Below, piece after piece: positions 10,620 through 22,052 of a stretch of 60,137 bases of DNA (positions are counted from its first letter, which is position 1; each line of letters starts with the position of its first letter). Origin of the DNA: Mustelus asterias (taxonomy: Eukaryota); contig NW_027590591.1 of assembly GCF_964213995.1 (NCBI RefSeq), positions 186,001 to 246,137 on the forward strand, read 5' to 3'. A model generated the notes under the pieces. It did not search any database and was not told the origin of the DNA. It worked only from the letters and a program-made list of their open reading frames with translations. The position numbers were made by a program, and so were the translations under genes.

Positions 10620-13420
10620 AGTGCGGCACTCTCTCAGCACTGACCCTCCCTCAGCACTGACCCTCCCTCAGCACTGACCCTCCCTCAGCACTGACCCTCC
10701 CACAGCACTGACCCTCCCTCAGCACTGACCCTCCCTCAGCACTGACCCTCCCTCAGCACTGACCGTCCCTCAGCACTGATCCTCCCTCAGCACTGACCCT
10801 CCCACAGTGCGGCGCTCCCTCAGCACTGACCCTCCCTCAGCACTGATCCTCCCTCAGCACTGACCCTCCCTCAGCACTGACCCTCCCTCAGCACTGACCC
10901 TCCCTCAGCACTGACCCTCCCACAGTGCAACGCTCCCTCAGCACTGACCCTCCCACAGTGCAGTGCTCCCTCAGCACTGACCCTCCCACAGTGCGACGCT
11001 CCCTCAGCACTGACCCTCCCACAGTGCAGTGCTCCCTCAGCACTGACCCTCCCACAGTGCGGCACTCCCTCAGCACTGACCCTCCCACAGTGCGGCGCTC
11101 CCTCAGCACTGACCCTCCCACAGTGCGGCGCTCCCTCAGCACTGACCCTCCCTCAGCACTGCCCTCCCTCAGCACTGACCCTCCCACAGTGCGGCGCTCC
11201 TTCAGCGCTGACACTCCCACAGTGCGGCGCTCCCCCAGCACTGACCCTCCCACAGTGCGGCGCTCCCTCAGCACTGACCCTCCCACAGTGCGGCGCTCCC
11301 TCAGCACTGACCCTCCCACAGTGCGGCACTCCCTCAGCACCGACCCTCCCACAGTGCGGCGCTCCCTCAGCACTGACCCTCCCACAGTGCGGCGCTCCCT
11401 CAGCACTGACCCTCCCACAGTGCGGCGCTCCCTCAGCACTGACCCTCCCACAATGCGGCGCTCCCTCAGCGCTGACCCTCCCACAGTGCGGCGCTCCCCC
11501 AGCACTGACCCTCCCACAGTGCGGCGCTCCCTCAGCACTGACCCTCCCACAGTGCGGCGCTCCCTCAGCACTGACCCTCCCTCAGCACTGCCCTCCCTCA
11601 GCACTGACCCACCCACAGTGCGGCGCTCCTTCAGCGCTGACCCTCCCAAATGCGGCGCTCCCCCAGCACTGACCCTCCCACAGTGCGGCGCTCCCTCAGC
11701 ACTGACCCTCCCACAGTGCGGCGCTCCCTCAGCACTGACCCTCCCACAGTGCGGCACTCCCTCAGCACCGACCCTCCCACAGTGCGGCGCTCCCTCAGCA
11801 CTGACCCTCCCACAGTGCGGCGCTCCCTCAGCACCGACCCTCCCACAGTGCGGCGCTCCCTCAGCACTGACCCTCCCACAGTGCGGCGCTCCCTCAGCAC
11901 TGACCCTCCAACAGTGCGGCGCTCCCTCAGCACTGACCCTCCCTCAGCACTGCCCTCCCTCAGCACTGACCCTCCCACAGTGCGGCGCTCCTTCAGCGCT
12001 GACCCTCCCACAGTGCGGCGCTCCCCCAGCACTGACCCTCCCACAGTGCGGCGCTCCCTCAGCACCGACCCTCCCACAGTGCGGCGCTCCCTCAGCACTG
12101 ACCCTCCCACAGTGCGGCGCTCCCTCAGCACCGACCCTCCCACAGTGCGGCGCTCCCTCAGCACTGACCCTCCCACAGTGCGGCGCTCCCTCAGCACCGA
12201 CCCTCCCACAGTGCGGCGCTCCCTCAGCACCGACCCTCCCACAGTGCGGCGCTCCCTCAGCACCGACCCTCCCACAGTGCGGCGTTCCTCAGCACCGACC
12301 CTCCCACAGTGCGACGCTCCCTCAGCACTGACCCTCCCACAGTGCGGCGCTCCCTCAGCACTGACCCTCCCACAGTGCGGCGCTCCCTCAGCACCGACCC
12401 TCCCACAGTGCGGCGCTCCCTCAGCACTGACCCTCCCACAGTGTGACGCTCCCTCAGCACTGACCCTCCCACAGTGTGACGCTCCCTCAGATCTGACCCT
12501 CCCACAGTGTGACGCTCCCTCAGCACTGACACTCCCACAGTGCGGCGCTCCCTCAGCACTGACCCTCCCACAGTGCGGCGCTGCCTCAGCACTGACCCTC
12601 CCACAGTGTGACGCTCCCTCAGATCTGACCCTCCCACAGTGTGACGCTCCCTCAGCACTGACCCTCCCACAGTGTGACGCTCCCTCAGCACTGACCCTCC
12701 CACAGTGCGGCGCTCCCTCAGCACTGACCCTCCCACAGTGCGGCGCTCCCTCAGCACTGACACTCCCACAGTGCGGCGCTCCCTCAGCACTGACCCTCCC
12801 ACAGAGCGGCGCTCCCTCAGCACTGACCCTCCCACAGTGCGGCGCTGCCTCAGCACTGACCCTCCCACAGTGCGGCGCTCCCTCAGCACTGACCCTCCCA
12901 CAGTGCGGCGCTCCCTCAGCACTGACCCTCCCACAGTGCGGCGCTCCCTCAGCACTGACCCTCCCACAGTGCGGCGCTCCCTCTGCACTGACCCTCCCAC
13001 AGTGTGGCGCTCCCTCAGCACTGACCCTCTCACAGTGCGGCGCTCCCTCAGCACTGACCCTCCCACAGTGTGGTGCTCCCTCAGCACTGACCCTCCCACA
13101 GTGCGGTGCTCCCTCAGCACTGACCCTCCCACAGTGCGGCGCTCCCTCAGCACTGACCCTCCCACAGTGCGGCGCTCCCTCAGCACCGACCCTCCCACAG
13201 TGCGGCGCTCCCTCCGCACTGACCCTCCCACAGTGCGGCGCTCCCTCAGCACTGACCCTCCCACAGTGCGGCGCTCCCTCAGCACTGACCCTCCCACAGT
13301 GCGGCGCTCCCTCAGCACCGACCCTCCCACAGTGCGGCGCTCCCTCAGCACTGACCCTCCCACAGTGCGGCGCTCCCTCAGCACCGACCCTCCCACAGTG
13401 CGGCGCTCCCTCCGCACTGC
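10620..13420 (+). repeat. 33-bp minisatellite (with 17-bp subunits) in an adaptor-gene intron
   Basis: Unit CAGCACTGACCCTCCCACAGTGCGGCGCTCCCT over about 2.8 kb. Confidence 0.97.
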
Positions 13421-13718
13421 ATGACGCGAAGTTGCTCGGAATTTATCCTTTGTGTTGGGGACTGAACCCAAGTCTGTTTGTCCCCTGAGTTGAGTGTTTT
13501 ACCCCGAGAGCCGCAGTTCACAGTGTGACGGCTCGACAGCCGAGATAACTGACGAATGCTGATCTCCTCAACCCTGTGGTCAGGGATTGTCCGCCCCTCT
13601 CCTCCGAGTCCCGTTACTGAACCAACCTGAGCCCAAATACAGCCGCCCCTCCTCTCCCCTCTCCCCATAGCCAGCTCTGTCCCAGAAATTCTGTGATTGT
13701 GGGGGGGGGGCACGTTAC

Positions 13719-13835
13719 CTTTCCTGTAGTTCCGAGTACAGCTGAGAATGTTACCCGTCAGGGACAGGAGCAGCACGAACCCTGTTGCCCCGAAGATAAG
13801 CCACATCGAGGTGCTGCAGCACCAGTCCTGAAACC
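13719..13835 (-). CDS. SIT1/TRAT1-like adaptor, transmembrane exon
   Basis: Acceptor ctctgttgctattgtAG, donor GTAAC, 117 bp, phase 1-1. Encodes (G)FQDWCCSTSMWLIFGATGFVLLLSLTGNILSCTRNYRK; the TM resembles SIT1 (WVLLGAVTLLFLISLAAHL) and TRAT1 (LVISLIFNI) as I recall them. Confidence 0.82.
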
Positions 13836-13971
13836 CTACAATAGCAACAGAGTCAGAGTTAACCATCTCCCACAGCAGAGAATTTAACCGTCTCCCCTTC
13901 ACATCGCCACCGTTATATCACATCCTGGATGGGTTACCATTCAACAGAACCTGAACTGGAAACCGGCCAAC

Positions 13972-14253
13972 ATGATGGCACAATGGTTAGCCCTGCTGCC
14001 GGCTTCCATTCCCGGCTTGGGTCACTGTCTGTGCGGAGTCTGCACGTTGTCCCCGTATCTGCGTGGGTTTCCTCCGGGAGCTCCGGTTTCCTCCCACAGT
14101 CCAAAAGATGTGCTGGTTATGATGCATTGGCCGTGCTAAATTCACCCTCAGTGAACCCGAACAGGCACCGGAGTGTGGCCACTCGGGGATTTTCACAGTA
14201 ACTTCATAGCAGTGTTAATGTAAGCCTTACTTGTGACACTAATAAATAAACTT
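13972..14253 (+). mobile_element. HE1-like SINE with alternative tail
   Basis: HE1 head/core followed by ...CACAGTAACTTCAT...GTGACACTAATAAATAAACTTT. Confidence 0.75.
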
Positions 14254-14254
14254 T

Positions 14255-14590
14255 ACCAGAGCAGGTCAGAGGCTGGGAATCCTGCGGAGAGTAACTCACC
14301 TCCTGACTCCCTCCAAAGCCTGTCCGCCATTCACAAGGACACAAGTCAGGAGTGTGATGGAACACTCCCCACTTGCCTGGATGGGTGCGGCTCCCAACAA
14401 CACTCGAGAAGCTCAACACCATCCAGGACAAAGCAGCCCCGCTCGATCGACACGCTAACCACAAACACTCACTCCCTCCACCACCGACGCACAGTGACAG
14501 CCGTGTGTACCGTCTACAAGATGCACCGCAGCCACTCACCAAGGCTCCTTAGGCAGCACCTTCCAAACCCAACTCTGCTGCCTAGAAGGG
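14255..14590 (+). mobile_element. CR1/L2-group LINE 3' fragment
   Basis: HSLHHRRTVxAVCTxYKMH segment; other copies at 20170-20895(-), 38764-39275(+) and 40090-40710(-). Confidence 0.7.
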
Positions 14591-15065
14591 TCCCATTTCC
14601 CTCTCTTTCTACCCGAAGGATTAAGGCAGTTGCCATCTCTTACCGCTGCAGACCTGATCATGCTGATCATCGACCATTTCCCCGCCTTTGCCCTCGCGAC
14701 AGCCCCTCTCTCTCTCCGTCTCCGGTGTGGGCTGGGGATCAGTTTGCAGCTCTGTCCAGGGTAGCCCTTCCTCGGGTCTCTCGCCAGGGTGCGGGGGGGA
14801 CGGGGGGGGGACGGTGGTTTGACTGACTTGGGATGATTACCGTGTCACACGGGGCCCTTCCATCTGAATGGTGGAGACCAGTTCCTTCTGTTTCTCCTAC
14901 TCTGGTGGCCTTTTAGCCCTCTTTGTCTTCGATGTCACGGTCCCCTTCTCTCGGTGCACCAGTCCCTCTTCAGATACAGCTGCCTACCCTCCTCTCCGAC
15001 CTGTACCTGTCCAAACGTCCTGCTCCTTATCCCTCACCGCCTATCGCTGTCTGACTGTAACCCCA

Positions 15066-15412
15066 CTTCTCTCTCTGTCTCCCTCTCCCTCTCTGTCTCA
15101 CTCTTCCTGGTCTCTTTCTCTCCCTCTCTCTGTCTCACTCTTCCTGGTCTCTATCTCTCCCTCTCTCTGTCTCACTCTTCCTGGTCTCTATCTCTCCCTC
15201 TCTCTCTGTCTCTCCTCTCTGTCCGCCTCTCTTCTCTCTCTTCGTACTGTGTCTCTCTCGGTTTGAGTGCGGGTGCCGTTCTCTCCCCCCGATGCCCTTC
15301 CCGTCTCTGTCTCTCTCGCTTCCCCACCCACTTGTCGACAACGCCCCTTTCTCTGTCTCTCTGTCGCTCTCTCTGTCTCTCTTGTTCTCGCTCTCTCCCG
15401 CTCACTCTCTCA
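15066..15412. repeat. CT-rich low-complexity repeat
   Basis: (CT)n-rich with repeated TCTCACTCTTCCTGGTCTCT units. Confidence 0.85.
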
Positions 15413-15456
15413 GAGGAGCGGGTGACAGTTTAATATTTCAGAAAGTACGGCCTCAC

Positions 15457-15499
15457 CACAAGAGAGACATGAGGCGAGAGTCTGGGGTGCGAAAACCAT
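15457..15499 (-). CDS. SIT1/TRAT1-like transmembrane adaptor, first coding exon
   Basis: ATG at 15499-15497, MVFAPQTLASCLSC + G, strong donor GTGAGG. Phase 1 matches the next exon; promoter-like motifs lie just upstream. Confidence 0.65.
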
Positions 15500-15600
15500 C
15501 TGCCGCTTCCTGTCGCACCCGCCCTCCCATCCCGCTGAGGATCCTGGACCCTCACAAAAAAACAAATGGCAGGGCGTGGAACGGCCGCCGCCAATAAAAC
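15500..15600 (-). promoter_or_regulatory. Putative promoter/5' region of the adaptor gene
   Basis: CpG-containing unique sequence with ETS core ACAGGAAG (15506-15513, minus), GC-box-like GGGCGTGG (15572-15579) and CCAAT (15591-15595) directly upstream of the ATG. Confidence 0.4.
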
Positions 15601-16124
15601 AATCCTTTTCCAAGTAATTGGTGAAGTTAGGGAGACATGTCAGTCAAGGTTTGTTTGAGAAAAATGCTTAACTGGATCATGACAACTTGGCGGGGTGAGC
15701 TTTGCTGCATCGATGGAACAGGAAACCGCAGCTGCCTTCCCCTCCTGCACGCGGCAGCTGGAACAAAGTGACAAGATTCAAAGTCTTTCTCAGTAGAACC
15801 TTCCGGCACCTTGGATTGAGATTTGGGGGGTGTTGTGGGGGTGGGGGGTTTGGGGGGGGGGGTGCAAACGCCATTGGTCGGGCTGGCTCAGGCATTGTTG
15901 GAAGCCTCCTCAGTTCCCGCTTGCACGCCCCCCCCCCCCCCCACCCGTGTGTGGCCTGGTCCTCGGCACCGCGGGGGGAGGGGTTCCAGCTCCGGCCTGT
16001 TACCCAGGCCTGGCAGGGCCCCGCTGGGGAACGGGTCAGCTCAAGGGGAAGGGGTGTTAATTGCTGCCCATCGCCAGCCACGCTCACGACCCCCACGACG
16101 CAAAAACGAAAGGTCAAGCGTGAG

Positions 16125-16803
16125 GAGATTGGAGCGGGAGGAGGCTATTCGGCCCCTCGAGCCTGCTGGGCCATTCGATAAGATCAGGGCTGCTTCGATT
16201 GTGGCATCAACTTCACTCTCCTGTCTCCCCCTCTCCTCCATAACCCTCGGTTCCCCCCCACCCACCCCTTTGTCGATCAGAAATCTGTCTAACTCACCCT
16301 TGTATATATTCAATGAGCCGCTGCCCCCTGTCGGGGGGGAGGGGTGTGGGGGGGGGGGGTGGGGGGGGGGGGGGAGGGGTGTGGGGGGGGGGGGATTCCA
16401 CAGACTGACCACCATCTGAGAGAAGGAATTCCTCCACGTCTCCGTCTTCAATGGGAGAGCCCCTTATTCTGAAAGAGTGGCTACCCCGCCCTCCTCAGTT
16501 CTAGATTCCTCCTCACGAGGGGAGGGGAAACATTCCCTCAGTATTTATCCCCAAGCCTCACCCCCTCAGAATCCAATGTGTTTTAATCAGATCACTTCTC
16601 ATTCCTCTAAACTCTAATGGGTGCAGACTCTGACCTACTCCAACCTTTCCCCATGAGACAAAATCCCCCTTCATCCCAGCAATCAGCCCAGTGAACCTTC
16701 TCTGAGCTCCTTCCAAGTTTCTCCTTTCCTAGGTAAGGGGGCTACAACTGTAGACCTTACTCCAAATGTAGTTTCCCCAAGGCCCTGTAAAGCTGTAGCA
16801 AGC
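16125..16803 (-). mobile_element. Degenerate CR1 3' fragment with poly-G/C runs
   Basis: RNSFSQMVVSLWN and CR1 3'UTR motifs. Confidence 0.7.
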
Positions 16804-16976
16804 CTTAGAATCATGGAATCCCTCCAGTGCAGAGGGAGGCCATTTGGCCCATCGAATCTGCACTGACTCTGTGGTAAAGAATCGCCCTGGGGTGTGGTGG
16901 GCCAGGCCCTCTTTCTGGACCCCCATGTATTTACCCCACTAATTCTCCTAATCCGCACATCTTTGGGCAGTAAGGG

Positions 16977-17060
16977 CCACTCACCTGATGAAGGGGCAAC
17001 GCTCCAAAAGCTCGTGCTACCAAATAAGCCTGTGTTTAACCTGGTGTTGTGAGACTACTT
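16977..17060 (+). mobile_element. PLE terminal fragment with decayed hammerhead motif
   Basis: CACTCACCTGATGAAGGGGCAACGCTCCAAAAGCT... matches the PLE end at ~34490. Confidence 0.7.
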
Positions 17061-18243
17061 AGAACATAGAAAAAATACAGCACAAACAGGCCCTTCGTCC
17101 CACAAGTTGCGCCGGTCATGTCCCGACCTACCTCGGCTTATATATAGGCTTACCTATAACCTTAATCCTATTAAGTCCCATGTACTCATCCAGAAGTCTC
17201 TTAAAAGACCCTATCGAGTTTGCCTCCACCACCACTGACGGCAGCCGATTCCACTCACCCACCACTCTCTGAGTGAAAAACTTACCCCTGACATCTCCCC
17301 TGTACCTACTCCCCAGCACCTTAAACCTGTGTCCTCTCGTAGCAGCCATTTCAGCCCTGGGAAAAAGCCTCCGAGAATCCACCCGATCTATACCTCTCAA
17401 CATCTTGTAAACCTCTATCAGGTCACCTCTCATCCTTCATCTCTCCAAGGAGAAAAGACCGAGCTCCCTCAACCTATCCTCATAAAGCATGCCAACCAAT
17501 CCAGGCAACATCGTTGGAAATCTTCTCTGCACCCTTTCAATCATTTCCACATCCCTCCTGTAATGAGGCGACCAGAACTGAGCACAGTACTCCAAGTGGG
17601 GTCTGACGAGGGTCTTATAAAGCTGCATCATTATCTCCCGACTCCTAAACTCCATCCCTTGATTGATGAAGGCCAGCACACCATACGCCTTCTTAACCAC
17701 CTCCTCTACCTGCGAGGTCGATTTTAGAGTCCTATGGACCCGGACCCCAAGGTCCTTCTGATCCTCTACACTGCTAAGAGTCTTACCCTTGATATTATAC
17801 TCCTTCATCCCATTTGACCTGCCAAAATGGACCACTACACATTTATCCAGGTTGAAGTCCATCTGCCACTTCTCCGCCCAGTCTTGCATCCTATCTATGT
17901 CACGCTGCAGCTTCTGACATCCCTCCAACCTATCCACAACACCACCAACCTTCGTGTCATCAGCAAACTTACCAACCCATCCCTCCACTTCCTCATCCAG
18001 GTCATTTATGAAAATGACAAACAGCAAGGGTCCCAGAACAGATCCCTGGGGCACACCACTGGTGACCGACCTCCATTCAGAAAAAGACCCATCTACAACC
18101 ACTCTCTGCCTTCTGCAGGCAAGCCAGTTCTGGATCCACAAGACAACAGCCCCTTGGATCCCATGCCCTCTCACTTTCTCGAGAAGTCTTGCATGGGGGA
18201 CCTTATCGAATGCCTTGCTGAAGTCCATGTAAACCACATCCAC
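17061..18243 (-). mobile_element. CR1 LINE, 5'-truncated
   Basis: ORFs 17437-18285 and 17128-17433 encode RT. Confidence 0.92.
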
Positions 18244-18395
18244 TAAGGGGCAATTTATCATGGCCAATCCACCTAACCTGTACATCTTTGGACACTAAGG
18301 GGCAATTTAGCATGGCCAATCCACCTAACCTGTACATCTTTGGACACTAAGGGACAATTTAGCATGGCCAATCCCCCTAACCTACACATCTTTGA
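18241..18395 (-). repeat. 52-bp tandem repeat from the HE1 SINE body
   Basis: CACTAAGGGGCAATTTAGCATGGCCAATCCACCTAACCTGTACATCTTTGGA x3. Confidence 0.8.
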
Positions 18396-18620
18396 CTTCC
18401 CGACTTGAATATTCCATTCCCCGAAGACTAATGTTCCATTCCTAATCATTTGCGAAACCTGTGGAGTTGCTGTGGAATGAGCGAATCCCAATCCAGTGGT
18501 TTTATGGGCCTTTCTCCCCCCTCAAGGCCAATTGCGCTTGATCACTAGCTGTGGTGTGGTTGTATGGATATATAAAACAGGCAGAGTCCAATCAGCCCAT
18601 CAGACATAGCCGCACACCAT

Positions 18621-18925
18621 GGCCCAGGATTTTCCAGCCCTTACACTGGTGAGGATCTTCTGATCACATCAAAGGCAAACCGTCCCCCACCCCCCACCCA
18701 CTCCCCCCCCCCCCACCCCCACCCACCTCCCCCCCCCCCCCCCCCCCCCCCCCCCGCCGTCCCAGCACACCCCACCGCAGCGGGTTCCCTAGCCGGCAAG
18801 GAACACAAATGACCACTGACATTGGCGGATATGGAAGATCATTGCCCTTGGCCAATGACGAGATTCCCCCCTGCTGGAAAATGCACTGTGAGGAGTCGTG
18901 GGATGGCGCTGGAAAATGCTGGCCC
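18621..18925. mobile_element. MITE-like element with ~20-bp terminal inverted repeats
   Basis: GGCCCAGGATTTTCCAGCCC ... GGCGCTGGAAAATGCTGGCC. Confidence 0.5.
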
Positions 18926-19054
18926 GGGATAGCAAGTGTCTCAGGACTAAACATTGCACACACCCACCACCCCACCACAACCACCGCCCCCCCCCCCTCC
19001 AACCCCCCCAGACCCCCAACACCACCCCATCTCCCAGAGACATATTCCTCAGTG

Positions 19055-19510
19055 CGAAGAAGTTACACCTCAGGTCCCTTTGAAATCTTTCCCCTCTCAC
19101 CTTTAACCTCTGCCCTCTAGTTTTCAATTCCCCTTCCCTGGGAAAAAGACTCTGTGTGTTCATCCTATCTCTGTCCCTCGTGAGTTTATCCACCTCAGTA
19201 AGGTCACCCCTCATTCTCCTACGTTCCAAGGACTAAAGTCCCATCCTGGCCAACCGCTCCCTTTAACTCAGGCCCCAGTAGTCCTGGCAACATCCTGGGA
19301 AATCTTCTCTGCACTCTTTCCAGTTTATCAGTGTCTTTCCGATAGGGTGACCAAAACTATACACAATACTCCAAGTGCAGCCTCACCAAGGACTTGTACA
19401 ATAATGTCCCAACTCCGATACTCAGTGTTCTGACTGAGGAAGGCCAGTGTCTAAACACCTTCTTCACTGCCCTGTCTACCTGTGACGCCGCTTTCAACAA
19501 ACTATGTACT
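19055..19510 (-). mobile_element. Degenerate CR1 fragment
   Basis: LYKSLVRLHLEYCV and ERRRMRGDL motifs. Confidence 0.8.
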
Positions 19511-20169
19511 TGTTCTGCGGTTGAAGGAACAGTGAGTTTAGAGTGATGGTTTGTCAGTGTCTTGGAGAGAGATACAAGTTGGGTGAGAACCATCGTGGGA
19601 ATGCTCAAGAATTCGCTGGAAGAAAACCATTTGCAACTGTGCCAGTTCCAGACAAGAAATCTTTGTGTCCGGCTGGTGGTGACTCTTCACTGGTTTATGT
19701 GTCTGGAGAGATATTGTCGTGGGGAAAGGAATAATGAGAATTTGAATTGCCTTCTTGAGTTTGTATCATCATAAACATTTTCATCACAGAAAATAATTCA
19801 TTTTCAAAGAGTAAGATCCTTCTGGAAGCATTTCTGAAAAAAACACACTGTGGCTTAAAGGGTTGCTGCAAGAATCTGCTGTTCAGCTTTTCTCAAGAAA
19901 AGGTAACTAAGCAGTTTGAAAGATGCTGGGAACCTCTTGGCCGCTGGTGGACGGTGTACAGAAGGGTGACATGGTGGTTTATGGTTTTTGAAAAAAAAAA
20001 CCATGTCTGGAAAAGTGGGCACAGGTGAGGCTGCCCTCGGCCATTGGCAGAGTGTATCTCCACCTCAATGTGCTTCTGCCTGGCACGCAACACAGTCAAC
20101 CAAGTGCACAGTTTGAGTGGAGCTACAAGGAGTAGCATCACTGCGCCTGCTACCAGTGCAGTGGTGAGT

Positions 20170-20895
20170 ATCACAGGCCAGGCCCAGCACTTATCCCTCA
20201 TCCCTAATTACCCCTTCAGAAATTGGTGGTGAGCTGCCTTCTTGAACCCGCTGCATTCCCGTCTGTGTAGCTACACCCACAGTGCTGTTAGGGAGGGAAT
20301 TCCAGGATTTTGACCCAGTGACTCTGAAGAAACAGCCGATATATTTCCAAATCAGGATGGTGAGTGGCTTGTAGGAGAACTTGCAAGTGGTGGAGTTCCC
20401 AGGTATCTGCTGCCCTTGTCCCAGATGGAAGTGGTCATGGGTTTGGAAGGTGCTGCCTAAGGAGCCTTGGTGAGTTGCTGCAGTGGATCTTGTAGACGGT
20501 ACACACGGCTGTCACTGTGTGTTGGTGGTGGAGGGAGTGAATGTTTGTGGTTAACGTGTCGATCGAGCGGGGCTGCTTTGTCCTGGATGGTGTTGAGCTT
20601 CTCGAGTGTTGTTGGGAGCTGCACCCATCCAGGCAAGTGGGGAGTATTCCATCACACTCCTGACTTGTGCCTTGTAGATGATGGACAGGCTTTGGGGAGT
20701 CAGGAGGTGAGTTACTCACTGCAGGATTCCCAGCCTCTGACCTGCTCTTGTAGCCACAGTATTTATACGGCTGGGTCCCAGTTCAGTTTCTGGTCAATGG
20801 TAACCCCCAGGATGTTGATGGTGGGGGATTCAATGATGGTAACACCATTGAATGTCAAAGGGCGATGGTTAGATTCTGTCTTGCTGGAGATGAAA
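20170..20895 (-). mobile_element. CR1/L2-group LINE 3' end
   Basis: Homologous to 14255-14590, with the ATAAATGCTGGCC-type tail shared with the SacSINE1-like SINE. Confidence 0.7.
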
Positions 20896-21539
20896 TGTTT
20901 TAATACAGGCAGGTACCCACTGCTCTGTCCCGCCTCACCCCCACTCTCTCTCTCTCTCTCTCTGTCTCTCAGGGCATTGGATTAACAAGCAGAGATCATA
21001 GATTTGATATTATTGTGAAAGGATTGAGAGCAGGAGAAATGTTTCCATCCAGGACTTGACACGTTTGACCTCAAAGCAAAGTCACCTCCTGAATCCATTG
21101 ATAACTTCAAGAGGGACTTGGACAGAGGCTCGAGGGTAAAGAGTGTATGGATGTTTGAAGGTTACGGACACAGAACATCCCAGAACACTAAGGGACAATT
21201 TAGCACGGCCAATCCACCCTAACCTGCACATCTTTGGACACTAAGGGACAATTTAGCATGGCTAACCACTGAGCTCCACTTGGTGCGAAAACGGTGAGAG
21301 AGAATGTGGGACTGGACGTGACCACTCTTTCAACAAGCCAGTATGGGTTATGACTGGACTCCGCCTTGTTAACGATTGCAGATGGGATCTTGCTGTGCAC
21401 CACACAGTGCTGCCGCGTTGCCTGAGGTAACAGCGTTAATAGCTGCAGGAATCGAGCTGCGTGCAGGGCGTGGGGCATGAGGGAGCTGATTGGGGGAGTT
21501 GAGGGGGGAGGGTGTAGGTGGGCGTGCATGGTGGGTTTT

Positions 21540-21735
21540 AGAAAGAAAGAAACCCTACAGTACAGAAAGAGGCCATTCGGCCCATCGAGTCTGCACCGAC
21601 CACAATCCCACCCAGGCCCTACCCCTATATCCCTACATATTTACCCACTAATCCCTCTAACCTACGCATCTCAGGACACTAAGGGCAATTTTTTTTTTAG
21701 CATGGCCAATCAACCTAACCCGCATATCTTTGGTC
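21540..21735 (-). mobile_element. HE1 SINE 3' fragment
   Basis: HE1 tail motifs. Confidence 0.75.
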
Positions 21736-21794
21736 TTTTGCAGGGAGACCTTCAGTAAGGTACGTGTCCCTGTGTGCTGCTGAGGGGCAGCACT

Positions 21795-22052
21795 GCGCAT
21801 TTGGAGTATTGCGTCCAGTTCTGGTCACCACACTACCAGGAGGATGTGGAAGCTTTGGAGAGAGTGTAAAGGAGGTTCACCAGGATGTTGCCTGGTCTCG
21901 AGGGTGTCGGCTATGAGGAGAGGTTGAATAAACTGGGATTGTTTTCACTGGAAAGACTGAGGCTGAGGGGAGACCTGATAGAGGTCTACAAAATGATGAG
22001 AGGCACAGACAGGGTGGATAGTCAGAGGCTTTTCCCCAGGGTAGAAGTGTCA
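21795..22052 (+). mobile_element. CR1 RT fragment
   Basis: HLEYCVQFWSPHY and RLRGDLIEVYK motifs. Confidence 0.85.

Noticed and set aside
10871-13488. Long ORFs (up to 612 aa) of STDPPTVRRSL / ALTLPQCGAPS repeats
   Set aside because: Stop-free translations of a 33-bp minisatellite, open in several frames on both strands.
14841-14863. ATG...GTAATC as an alternative first exon of the adaptor (MEGPRVT)
   Set aside because: Its phase-2 end is out of frame with the TM exon.
18549-18625. RUNX-like TGTGGT x2, TATA-like sequence and CCAAT as a promoter
   Set aside because: No downstream exon found; short motifs are expected by chance.
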